DNA of 32,122 nt, counting the filler, from a bacterium (GTDB lineage: Bacteria > JAMOTN01): assembly GCA_027062325.1 (NCBI GenBank). It is 2 parts of 2 records of this genome, joined end to end, with 100 filler letters (N's around TTAATTAATTAA, not from the genome) between each part and the next. Parts side by side here need not be neighbours in the genome. Positions count along the whole stretch, not along the records: positions 16,694 to 32,122 come from JAMOTN010000077.1; 1 more part is not named here. One strand, 5' to 3'. Both the position numbers and the translations under genes were made by a program. Positions within the stretch are counted from its first letter, which is position 1. Each line of letters begins with the position of its first letter. Shown here piece after piece: positions 17,758-26,909 of this stretch. The notes beneath the pieces are model-generated. The model did no database searches. It had not been told where the DNA came from and saw only the letters and a list, made by a program, of their open reading frames with translations.

Positions 17758-18530
17758 TCCTCTTCAGCCTTTGACAAGTAAATTTTCTTTATCCTTTTAA
17801 CAAAATACTCCTCCAAATCTCCTTCCAATTTACTCAAATCCAGCACTTCTACAATTTCTCCTCCGTGAACAATAGCAATCCTATCACACAAATCTCTCAC
17901 ATCCTCTAGCAAGTGAGAAGAAAATATAACCGTAACTCCCTTAGCATTTAACTCCTTAATCAAATTCTTAAATTCATACCTGTGCAATGGATCAAGTCCA
18001 CTTGCTGGCTCATCAAGTATTAAAACTTCCGGATTTCCCATAACCGCAAGAGTCAATCCAACTTTCTGCCGCATTCCTTTAGAAAGCTGCTTCATCTTCT
18101 TCGGAAAGTAATCTCTTATCCCTATCCTATCCACAACTTCTAAAATTTCATTCTCAGAAAGCTCCGTTGCCGCTTTCTTCGTCGCCACTGCAAAATTCAC
18201 AACCTCCTCCACAGTCATCTCATCATAAGCCTGAAAATTCTCTGCTAAAAAACCGCATCTACCCTTTAAAACAAATTGCTTAGGCAAAATCTTATTATCA
18301 CCTTCGTAGAAAAAAACCTCTCCACTATCTGGTTTAAGATACCCCATCGCTATCTTCAATATTGTGCTTTTACCAGCTCCATTCTGCCCTACAAAACCAA
18401 AAATTTCACCCTTTTTCACAGCAAAGCTTACTTCTTTCAAAACACGATTATAAGTTGCAGGTCCCACTTCTAAAATTTTAGAAATCCCCTCGAATTTTAG
18501 AAGAGTCCTTAGCTCTTTATTACTCATCAT
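17754..18530 (-). CDS. ABC transporter ATP-binding protein (PilH-like)
   Basis: Walker A GQNGAGKS, signature LSKGMRQ, Walker B ILDEP, SSH switch. Confidence 0.93.
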   Translation of the reverse strand: MMSNKELRTLLKFEGISKILEVGPATYNRVLKEVSFAVKKGEIFGFVGQNGAGKSTILKIAMGYLKPDSGEVFFYEGDNKILPKQFVLKGRCGFLAENFQAYDEMTVEEVVNFAVATKKAATELSENEILEVVDRIGIRDYFPKKMKQLSKGMRQKVGLTLAVMGNPEVLILDEPASGLDPLHRYEFKNLIKELNAKGVTVIFSSHLLEDVRDLCDRIAIVHGGEIVEVLDLSKLEGDLEEYFVKRIKKIYLSKAEEE

Positions 18531-18561
18531 CTCCACCTCTTTCAAAAACATTCAAATTTAC

Positions 18562-19056
18562 TTAAGCCCTTGCAATTATTTTACAATACCCGACCCCTGC
18601 TATATTCAGCCACACTACAAAAAAAGCCTTTTTCTTCTCCAAATATTCTGCATACTCTTTATTGACCAATCTCACGTAAAAATCCAATCTTTTGTTAAAT
18701 TCCACTACAAAATCCTCCCAAAACTCTTTAAAAAGTTCAGAATAATCAACAATGTAATGACCAAAAAACCTCTTTAGCAAAGCAACTTTCAAATTTTCAG
18801 AAAACACAAGAACAAAATTGTAGGGGCTCTTAAAAAAAACATTTTTGAGCTTATCAGCACATTCATCAGACAACCCTAAATCTTGAGTAATAAATCTATT
18901 TTCCAAAGTTCCTAACATTAGCTGTCTGGAGATATCAACTTTCAAATTAAAGCTCTCCAAAGCCAAAGAGGTAGCCATCTGCAGTGCTTCAAAACCTCCA
19001 AAGTCATCTATTCTGTAAATCAACTCGCAACCACCCACGATCTCCTTTCTAAACAC
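18562..19056 (-). CDS. Hypothetical protein
   Basis: 164-aa ORF with a GGAGG RBS, between nadK and the ABC genes; no recognised motif. Confidence 0.55.
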   Translation of the reverse strand: MFRKEIVGGCELIYRIDDFGGFEALQMATSLALESFNLKVDISRQLMLGTLENRFITQDLGLSDECADKLKNVFFKSPYNFVLVFSENLKVALLKRFFGHYIVDYSELFKEFWEDFVVEFNKRLDFYVRLVNKEYAEYLEKKKAFFVVWLNIAGVGYCKIIARA

Positions 19057-19098
19057 CGATCAACAAACCTCCAGTTTTAGGCTATCTTTTACAGCCTC

Positions 19099-20076
19099 CT
19101 ATTGATGCAGCAACTTCTCATTTATTCGCTTCAAATAATTATATCCCTCAAAGTACAAAACCCTTGCCTCTTTCCAAGAGCTTACTTCCACAACTTCACC
19201 AACCTCAAACTGCCAGAATCTTTGGCCATCCACAACTATCAAACCATCACTCAAAGCTCTAACAGAAATCTTTGATTCAACCCCTAGTACCAAACTCCTA
19301 GGCAACATTGCACTGTGTATTGCCACTGGCACCACTATCAAAGCATCAATATTGACAACAGGTCCCCCTGTAGATAAAGCATAACCCGTAGAACCACTTT
19401 GTGAAGAAACAATTAAGCCATCTCCTCTAAATCTTCCCCACCTTACATCATCTACCCAAACTTCAAACTCAAACACTCTCCCAGGCACTGCTGTCGTAAG
19501 ATAAATTTCATTCAAACCAAAGTCAAAATTCTTAACACACCTTTTTTCTCCACCTTCGACATCTTTTTTCAACCAAAACGCTACCATTCGTCTCTTTATA
19601 ATTCCAGGTTTGACCTCTCTTTTTAGCAATTGGGCATTTATCTCATCCAGATAATCAACTGAAAAACTTTTAACTCTCTCCTCTTTTAAATTAGCCATAA
19701 CCTTCAGAGCAGTTATCAACTTCTCTCCGCTGAAATTGCTACAATCCCACTTATTAGTGAGAAAACCTATCTTACCAGCATTAATTGGTATAAAAACTCC
19801 AACACTATAGTAAAAAGCACGTAAAATTTTCAAAAAAGTTCCATCTCCTCCAAGGGAAATCAATACATCAAAATCTACACCAACCACTCCATTTAAAACC
19901 TGTAAAAATTTTGCACTTGCGTACTCAAAAAGCAAAACCTTTTCCCTCAACAAATCCACAATACTTTCATAAATCTCACTCTCATATCGTGACAAAATGG
20001 CACACTTTAATAAAGCACTATTATCAAATTTGTTTCTATTACCCAAGTTAACCACCCTAATGCTCCTATTTTTCAA
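19099..20076 (-). CDS. nadK: NAD(+) kinase
   Basis: LGGDGTFL, INAGKIGFL, LNE, GDGLIVSSQSGSTGYALSTGGP; the start codon is uncertain. Confidence 0.9.
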   Translation of the reverse strand: MKNRSIRVVNLGNRNKFDNSALLKCAILSRYESEIYESIVDLLREKVLLFEYASAKFLQVLNGVVGVDFDVLISLGGDGTFLKILRAFYYSVGVFIPINAGKIGFLTNKWDCSNFSGEKLITALKVMANLKEERVKSFSVDYLDEINAQLLKREVKPGIIKRRMVAFWLKKDVEGGEKRCVKNFDFGLNEIYLTTAVPGRVFEFEVWVDDVRWGRFRGDGLIVSSQSGSTGYALSTGGPVVNIDALIVVPVAIHSAMLPRSLVLGVESKISVRALSDGLIVVDGQRFWQFEVGEVVEVSSWKEARVLYFEGYNYLKRINEKLLHQ

Positions 20077-20138
20077 AACGTTTTGTTAAAAATACCCTTT
20101 TAATCTCACTCCTCCAAACTTCATCATTAAGATTTACT

Positions 20139-20147
20139 TGTTATAAT
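20139..20147 (+). promoter_or_regulatory. Extended -10 element for the sugar ABC operon
   Basis: TGTTATAAT upstream of the AGGAGGAG RBS. Confidence 0.5.
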
Positions 20148-20203
20148 TTTATTAGTATTTTTCCACCTTTTCATTAAAAAGAATTGCTGTAGGAGGAGCA
20201 GAG

Positions 20204-21154
20204 ATGAGTAATTCCAACCACGTAGATAATAACAAACTTTCAACCTCACTAGCTACAAAAGTAAAGTCAAATAGTATCCGTTCGTTGAGCACTACTGATA
20301 TTTTTATAATGACCCCCTTTATAGTTGCTTTCTTCGCATTTCTGTTACTCCCATTTCTCTACTCCTTATATATGAGTTTTTTTAAGATGACAAAGTTTGA
20401 CATAAACTCATTAAAATTTGTCGGCCTTGAAAATTACAAAAGTGTACTTTCCAATCCCAAAACGCTTTTTTCATTGCTTATCACAATTCTATACGCAGTC
20501 CTTGTCATACCCTCCACAGTAATAATCGCTCTGATCACAGGTTATGGACTTTTTAAAATACGCAGCAAGTTCCTAAAAAGCAGCCTAAGGGCTTTCCTTT
20601 TATTCCCAAACATTGCCGATCTATTGGCAATCTCTGTCGTATGGTCGTTGATCTACTCTCAATCATCTCCGCTGGTGAAGCTCTTGCATATGGCAACATC
20701 CCCCCTTTCAAATAAGTGGTTTGCTCTTCCATCTGTTGCACTAGTGGTTGTATTAAAAGGAGCAGGCTTTGCCGCTTTTTTAGTTTATATAAGTCTTATG
20801 AACATGGATAAATCCATAATAGAAGCAGCATATCTTGATGGAGCTACAGAATTTCAAACATTCTGGAACATTATTTTACCGCAACTTAAAAGTATAATTT
20901 CATTTCTTGTCATAACCGGAATAGTCGGTGCATTCTCTGCCTTTGCTGAAATCTATGCTCTAACAGGTGGAGGCCCATTTGAATTTGTTAATGGAACAGC
21001 TGTAGGATTCACTACCACTATTGGATATTACCTATACCGTTTGTGGGAAGAAGCACAGTTTGGAAAAGCAACAGCTATGTCATTTATATTGCTGCTCATA
21101 GTAATCGCCGTTACTAAAATCGTATACTCCTTACTTCCTAAAGAAAACGAGTGA
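20204..21154 (+). CDS. Carbohydrate ABC transporter permease (MalF/UgpA-like)
   Basis: FVGLENY; EAA loop EAAYLDGA; LTGGGP. Confidence 0.9.
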   Translation: MSNSNHVDNNKLSTSLATKVKSNSIRSLSTTDIFIMTPFIVAFFAFLLLPFLYSLYMSFFKMTKFDINSLKFVGLENYKSVLSNPKTLFSLLITILYAVLVIPSTVIIALITGYGLFKIRSKFLKSSLRAFLLFPNIADLLAISVVWSLIYSQSSPLVKLLHMATSPLSNKWFALPSVALVVVLKGAGFAAFLVYISLMNMDKSIIEAAYLDGATEFQTFWNIILPQLKSIISFLVITGIVGAFSAFAEIYALTGGGPFEFVNGTAVGFTTTIGYYLYRLWEEAQFGKATAMSFILLLIVIAVTKIVYSLLPKENE

Positions 21155-22014
21155 CGTCAGAAGAAAGAGTAACGCCTGAAGGGGTGAAAAACGTGAAGGA
21201 AAACTCAACTTCCAACTTTTCCTCAAACCTTTTTAAAATATCAGTTATTCTCCTTTGTATTATCTCAAATCTTCCCCTCCTTTGGATGCTATACGCCTCA
21301 TTTAAACCAGCGGGCGAAGCTTTCAAATTAACAACTCACTTTACACTAGCTAACTACACAGAACTGTGGAAAAATTTTAACTTCTCAACGTATTTTTTTA
21401 ATTCAGTTTTGATCAGCTTTTTAGCAGCTTTTTTATCAACTCTCTTTGCTTTATCCGCTTCTTACGTATTCGCCAAAAAAGACTTTCCACTTAAAAATAT
21501 ACTGTTAGGACTCTTTTTCGCAAGTTTTGCAGTTCCAGGCTTAGTATTTTTTATCCCGCAATTTTTAATGGTGGTAAAGCTGAAGATGTATGATACACTG
21601 TGGGCGCTTTTCGTTCCTCACCTTGCAAACGTATTTGGATTCTTCATGCTATATCAGTTTGTAAAAAAAATTCCTGATGATCTTATTGAGGCTGCATACA
21701 TCGACGGAGCAACCGATTTTAAAATTTTTTCAAACATAATAATCCCTCTAACTTTTCAAGCTTCAATAACTGTATTTTTGCTCAACTTCACCTTTCACTG
21801 GGCAAACTTCCTGTGGCAGCTTGTTGTACTTAAACCATCTTCTGTGTGGACCACACTACCAGTTGCAATTGCTATGACAAAGGGACAGTACACCACCAGT
21901 TGGGAACTTATAACTGCAGCAAGTGCAATGTCCATAATTCCACTGTTTCTTCTATTCATCTTAGCACAACGTTTCTTCATAGAGGGACTAACACAGGGCT
22001 CGATAAAGGGCTGA
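21151..22014 (+). CDS. Carbohydrate ABC transporter permease (MalG/UgpE-like)
   Basis: IPDDLIEAAYIDGA; QRFFIEGLTQGSIKG; GTGA overlap with the upstream gene. Confidence 0.92.
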   Translation: MTSEERVTPEGVKNVKENSTSNFSSNLFKISVILLCIISNLPLLWMLYASFKPAGEAFKLTTHFTLANYTELWKNFNFSTYFFNSVLISFLAAFLSTLFALSASYVFAKKDFPLKNILLGLFFASFAVPGLVFFIPQFLMVVKLKMYDTLWALFVPHLANVFGFFMLYQFVKKIPDDLIEAAYIDGATDFKIFSNIIIPLTFQASITVFLLNFTFHWANFLWQLVVLKPSSVWTTLPVAIAMTKGQYTTSWELITAASAMSIIPLFLLFILAQRFFIEGLTQGSIKG

Positions 22015-22021
22015 CAATTAA

Positions 22022-23191
22022 ATGGGAGTGACAGAGATGATTAAAAGTACAACCCTAGTTATTGCATCTTTAATCTTCGCTTATTTGCTGGCAGGTTGTC
22101 ATAAAAAAGCTGACCTAGAAATATGGGTAACTTATAGCCCGCAAGAGCTAAAAGCTTTTGAAAAAATTGTAAATAACTTCGAAAACACCTACCATGTAAA
22201 AGTACACATTGCAAGAATTCCATGGCAGGGACATCTTACAAAGATAATAATGTCTATAATTGCTAATTCAACCCCCGATTTAGCCCGAGTAGATCCTGTA
22301 TACATTCCGCAGTTATTTGAAAAAAGCAAACTCTACAAAATCGACACATCTATAATTCCAAAAGCCGCAAAATCAGCTATTTTACGGTATAAAGGCTTAC
22401 CAGTTGCCATCACCGATCAAGTAACTGCCCTAGCACTCTTCTGTAGAGAAGATTTGAGAAATAAGCTTTCACTTCCTGTTCCCCAAAAATGGTCAGATTT
22501 TTTAAAACTTAGCAATTTATATAAAAAGTACAACATATATCCTCTTGGTATATACAACTCTTTATGGTGGCACATGCACTTTCTATTCTCTTTTGGCATT
22601 GATAAACTCACTAATATCGCTTCAAAAGAGGGTATAGAGTGTTTCAAATTCTTGCAAAATCTTGAAAGAGAAGATATTGAAGGGAAGGCCTGGCAAACCG
22701 GAGGACTTCCACCAGAGCGCGGCTTCATAGAAGGGCGTTATCTATTCATAGTAACAGGTTCTTGGCAACTTGCCTACTTTAACAGTATAAAGTCAGAAGC
22801 AAAAAAAGTGGGTAAAAATTTCGACTTCAAAGTATATCCTATGCCTACAGGACCCGCTGGGAGAAATACAAGCATAGGCGGAACATGTTTCGTAAAACTT
22901 TCCAACAATAAACTTGCCGATAAATTCCTCGCCTTCCTATTAACTGAACAATCACAACAGATATGGTACCGTTCAGGCCAAATTCCAATAAATTCAAAAG
23001 TCAAAACTACGTATCCCATAAAAGTCTTTCAACAACTAATAGCAGTATCCCATCCACGTCCAATTTTGAAAAACTACCCCAAAATCGAAGAAGAAGTGAA
23101 TCCCCTTTTTGAAAAAATTCTGAAACTTGAAGTTGAAGTGGAACCAACAATGCGAAAAGTAGAAGATATAATAAGGAATCTCCAGAAGTAA
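22022..23191 (+). CDS. Carbohydrate ABC transporter substrate-binding lipoprotein
   Basis: Lipobox LAG-C; family-1 SBP pattern (PDL..., F.EGR...GSW, YPMP.GP). Confidence 0.85.
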   Translation: MGVTEMIKSTTLVIASLIFAYLLAGCHKKADLEIWVTYSPQELKAFEKIVNNFENTYHVKVHIARIPWQGHLTKIIMSIIANSTPDLARVDPVYIPQLFEKSKLYKIDTSIIPKAAKSAILRYKGLPVAITDQVTALALFCREDLRNKLSLPVPQKWSDFLKLSNLYKKYNIYPLGIYNSLWWHMHFLFSFGIDKLTNIASKEGIECFKFLQNLEREDIEGKAWQTGGLPPERGFIEGRYLFIVTGSWQLAYFNSIKSEAKKVGKNFDFKVYPMPTGPAGRNTSIGGTCFVKLSNNKLADKFLAFLLTEQSQQIWYRSGQIPINSKVKTTYPIKVFQQLIAVSHPRPILKNYPKIEEEVNPLFEKILKLEVEVEPTMRKVEDIIRNLQK

Positions 23192-23221
23192 AAAGCGGGC
23201 TTTGCAGAAAGCAAAGCCCGC
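23190..23221 (-). terminator. Intrinsic terminator between convergent genes
   Basis: Perfect 11-bp stem GCGGGCTTTGC/GCAAAGCCCGC with a 5-nt loop; T-tract on the minus strand. Confidence 0.8.
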
Positions 23222-23269
23222 AAGCCTGTCGCGCACCCCTGTTGCGCGTTTATTGTATCCATTCTAACA

Positions 23270-25705
23270 CTATTGATTTGCTGCCTCATTCTGATCTGGC
23301 TGCTGATCATCCGAATTCGTAACATTTTCAAGATTTTCCAAACTCTCTTTGAACGTCTCTCTAATATTAGTTTTCACATTTGGTTCATAAACTTCCTTCT
23401 TCACACTCTTTTTCATCACCTTTTTACTGACACTATCCTGCAAATACTGTTTTATAAAGTTTGCATAAGCCTCAGTTACTAGCCGCGGATCATCAACAGC
23501 AGCCTCCCCTGCTGCTACCTTTTTAGTAACTTCTCCTACTCCCTTCTTGAACTTCCTGAGATCTCCCAATTTTGTATTAGATGCAACTAACCCTCCTATA
23601 AGTTCAGCTTTGTACATTTCCACCCTTGATCCATACAAACTCAACGCCTGCTGCTGAGCCTCATTGTAAAATCTAACTGATAACTCCTCAGGCAACGGTT
23701 GATTAGGATGCTCTAACCTCCATTTTTTAACTTTGGCATCATAAACTTTCTGGATGTAAACACTTGGACGAGTATCTGCAACAACTGACAGTGACTTTAT
23801 ATACAAATCATTCTCCTTCTCCAAAAGATCAGCATATCTCGTTCTTAACTGATCCAATCTTTTCTTATCTTCAGGAGTAAGCTTCCTCTTATTAGTCAAA
23901 TTCATTATCTCCTGGGCAACTTTCTGCCTTTCAGACCTTACCTCTTTATATTCTTTACGATATTTGCCCTTATTTGGGTAATCTTCTTCAATTTGCTTTA
24001 CTTTATTTAAAGCACTCTCAGCACTATTCTTAAGATCAGTCGTGTACTTCTCTTCTGCCATTTTATATAATTCCATCGGATTAATACCAGCAGGAACCTC
24101 TCCATTTTTCTTCATGTATTCAGCATAGATTTTAACAGCCTCATCCTTTGTCACATAATCAACCATCGTTTTCTTCTCTGCAAACTCAACTTCCAATTTT
24201 GCCTTTCTCTCATACTCCTTTATCTTTGCATGCAAATCTGGGTCAAATTTTGAAGAAGCCTTGATCGCCTTAACTTCCCTCTCAACCATAAGCGAGTATG
24301 CTTTGGGATTTTCCTCTATATACTTCTGCAATTGCTCATCATCAAAGTTATACTTCTTCTTTAATTTTTCTTTAACCCTGTCTTCCGCATCAGACTTTAT
24401 ATAAGAATCAACCTTAGAACTGATTTTCTTCCTCCTATCAACAACATGATAAACTGCCGCATCCATCATTATATTGTAAGTCTGATCTGCAAATCTATCA
24501 GCCACAGCATGTGTAATCTCATTTTTCAAATTTTTCTTTCTACTCTCAACAATTTTCGCCATTTCTAAATAATACTTTTTCTCAGCTTCTGTCTTCGCAT
24601 TCTTAGCTTTATCATACCAATATTGTGCTTCTCTATCCTTCAAAGCATTCCATAAAACAGTCTTGGTCGTTCCCTCCACTACTCCCACAGCCGGAGCAAC
24701 TCCTAACATTGCAATATCAGTAGCCTTATGAGCATTACCAAAAAGTTTCGTAGAAGTTTTGGCCAAAGCTGTCGTAATTTTTCCTCCCTTACTACTCAAT
24801 AACTTACTATCAACACCAGCTCTTACAGTAGTTCCTACTCCCGCTGAAAATATAGATCCCAAAAGATTGTTAAAAGTATCCTCTTTGAAAGTTTGAAGTG
24901 AATAGTACTCTTTGTTCTTGAGACTTTCCAACTCCTTTTCTAATTCTATCAAACGCTGAAGTTCTTCTTCTGTTATAGTTCCACTGTCCAACTTCCTCTT
25001 TAATTGATCTCTCTCCATTTCAAGATTTCTTATCTTTTTATCTAGGTGAAGAACCTTGTCGTTGTATATATTTTTAACTGCTCCTCCTGCAAGAGAGGCT
25101 ACTTCTTTATTAACAAAGTTAACTACTGTAAGCTTAGCAAACGTTTTTAACAACACACCTTTTGCTACTTCTCCGCCCACCTTACCTATAAGAGCTCCAC
25201 CTACTGCTCCCAATGGAGCTGTAATAGCACTTACCGTCGAACTTACAAGAACATCTCTCATTATCAAAGCATCACTCTTTTTCTTATCTCTAAATTGATT
25301 CATCCTCTTCTCCTTAAGATACGTAAGCAATCCTGAAACAACTGCTCCTATCACCATTGAGATAACAATAGCTCCTATAACACCTGGAGCAAAAACTGTA
25401 AGCACTACAACAACAGCTAACGTAGGAATTATCATTTCAGCTGCCATCCAAGCAATTTTTTCCCACCAGGACATTTTTTTCTTTTCTTTAACACTTTTTT
25501 TATCTACTTTTTGAGCACCTGTTCCTGCCTCTTTTCCTTGCTGCAATTTTAACTTAAAGCCACCACCTGCATCGATAGTTTGTGATCCAGTTGATGCCAC
25601 TGTACTCCCCTGCGCATAAACATAACCCTCTAAAGCCCAGAAAAAAGATGGTGCTGTTAAAAACACCGTTACTATTAGTATCCGAGCCATAATGTGTTTC
25701 AACAT
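23270..25705 (-). CDS. Large hypothetical exported/membrane protein with a hydrophobic hairpin, Gly/Ala-rich helices and coiled coils
   Basis: Signal-like N-terminus ending VYA-Q; about 45-aa hydrophobic stretch; APLGAVGGALIGKVGG; long Lys/Glu-rich helical region. Confidence 0.65.
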   Translation of the reverse strand: MLKHIMARILIVTVFLTAPSFFWALEGYVYAQGSTVASTGSQTIDAGGGFKLKLQQGKEAGTGAQKVDKKSVKEKKKMSWWEKIAWMAAEMIIPTLAVVVVLTVFAPGVIGAIVISMVIGAVVSGLLTYLKEKRMNQFRDKKKSDALIMRDVLVSSTVSAITAPLGAVGGALIGKVGGEVAKGVLLKTFAKLTVVNFVNKEVASLAGGAVKNIYNDKVLHLDKKIRNLEMERDQLKRKLDSGTITEEELQRLIELEKELESLKNKEYYSLQTFKEDTFNNLLGSIFSAGVGTTVRAGVDSKLLSSKGGKITTALAKTSTKLFGNAHKATDIAMLGVAPAVGVVEGTTKTVLWNALKDREAQYWYDKAKNAKTEAEKKYYLEMAKIVESRKKNLKNEITHAVADRFADQTYNIMMDAAVYHVVDRRKKISSKVDSYIKSDAEDRVKEKLKKKYNFDDEQLQKYIEENPKAYSLMVEREVKAIKASSKFDPDLHAKIKEYERKAKLEVEFAEKKTMVDYVTKDEAVKIYAEYMKKNGEVPAGINPMELYKMAEEKYTTDLKNSAESALNKVKQIEEDYPNKGKYRKEYKEVRSERQKVAQEIMNLTNKRKLTPEDKKRLDQLRTRYADLLEKENDLYIKSLSVVADTRPSVYIQKVYDAKVKKWRLEHPNQPLPEELSVRFYNEAQQQALSLYGSRVEMYKAELIGGLVASNTKLGDLRKFKKGVGEVTKKVAAGEAAVDDPRLVTEAYANFIKQYLQDSVSKKVMKKSVKKEVYEPNVKTNIRETFKESLENLENVTNSDDQQPDQNEAANQ

Positions 25706-25819
25706 ACTACATACCCCCTTAAATCAAACATGGATCCTACATCCTAAGCTCCCATTTTTATTTTAATTCGTAAGGGAGTAATTGTACCAAAAATCAGTTT
25801 TTTATAAAACATTCCAACT

Positions 25820-26407
25820 CTATTTAAACAAACGCACAGCATAAGTAGCTGGTAAACTGTTCAAAATTTGAGCAACAGTTTTAGAATCAACTAACATTAA
25901 AAGCTTCTTACTCTTCACAGGATTCAATCTGACTAAAATATCTGCTGCTTTTGGGGGATCAACTTTCTTTAACGATAAAGCCAACTTTTGAAAAGCTTCT
26001 TTTTCATTAATTAACTCATTCTGCAAAGCCTTAAGATTTTTCTCCAATTCATTCAGCTTTCTTTCCCTATCTGCAAGCGCTTGTTCTCTCTCCCTAAGCT
26101 TACTCTCCTTTTCTTTTAAAAATTCTCTCTCCTTAATAAGCTTATTCTCAAATTCTCTAAGCTTTTTCAGCTTTTCTTTATACAATTTTTCCTGACGCTT
26201 TACCAACTCTCTGAACTTCTCCTCAGGAGTTTTGTGCAAGAGCTCCGACATCTCTACATAATCCTGCACAACCTTGTAACGTCTCAAAATAGCAGGTATA
26301 TACGGCTTTATATTTATAATCCCTATGTAATCAAACAGAACAAGATCTGCAATACCAACAATTAGTAAAATGCTGAAAAGGAAAATTATAACCGCAAAAT
26401 TTTTCAT
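25820..26407 (-). CDS. FlbB/MotE/YlxF-like flagellar-associated protein
   Basis: N-terminal TM, coiled coil, C-terminal DPPKAADIL...VAQILNSLP helical repeat; located right after fliJ. Confidence 0.7.
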   Translation of the reverse strand: MKNFAVIIFLFSILLIVGIADLVLFDYIGIINIKPYIPAILRRYKVVQDYVEMSELLHKTPEEKFRELVKRQEKLYKEKLKKLREFENKLIKEREFLKEKESKLREREQALADRERKLNELEKNLKALQNELINEKEAFQKLALSLKKVDPPKAADILVRLNPVKSKKLLMLVDSKTVAQILNSLPATYAVRLFK

Positions 26408-26434
26408 ATGGCAATTTACCTCCGCTCAACTTCT

Positions 26435-26890
26435 TTAATAATCACCTTTTCGATAATTAAATTGGACAGAGGCAACCTCATCCATTCTACTTGCTTCTCT
26501 TTTTTTATACTTCTCCATTAACCTTGCTTTTTGCCTCTCCTCAACTTTTTCAACAGTCTTCAAATCCTGCCATGCCTTCATATATTCCTTTTTAACTCTC
26601 TCTTCTTCTTCTCGTGCTCTAGCCAAAAGCATTTTAATATCTACTATCTCCTTTTTTAAATTTTGACGAGCTCGGTTGTAGAGGAAAACTCTCCGTGTAT
26701 CTGGCTTTCCTTTCATGACCTCATTCATCCTTATCTCCAAATCACGTAATCGCTTTTGAGCATCCTCTAATCTATCCTCAAGCTCTTTAATGTAAGCATT
26801 TATCTTTGAAAGTTCCGCTTTCTTCAACTCCAATTCAAACTCTCTATACCTTTTCACGCTACTTATCCTCAACTTAGGAAACTTGGGCAC
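26435..26890 (-). CDS. fliJ: Flagellar export stalk protein FliJ
   Basis: 151-aa coiled coil following fliI; K.VEKVEER...E...MDEVA C-terminal pattern. Confidence 0.8.
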   Translation of the reverse strand: MPKFPKLRISSVKRYREFELELKKAELSKINAYIKELEDRLEDAQKRLRDLEIRMNEVMKGKPDTRRVFLYNRARQNLKKEIVDIKMLLARAREEEERVKKEYMKAWQDLKTVEKVEERQKARLMEKYKKREASRMDEVASVQFNYRKGDY

Positions 26891-26909
26891 ACCCTACCCC
26901 TCCTAATAC

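Noticed and set aside
20062..20127. Short upstream ORF (MMKFGGVRLKRVFLTKRFEK) overlapping the nadK start as a regulatory leader or programmed frameshift
   Set aside because: It cannot be told apart from chance or a homopolymer sequencing error without reads or homologues.
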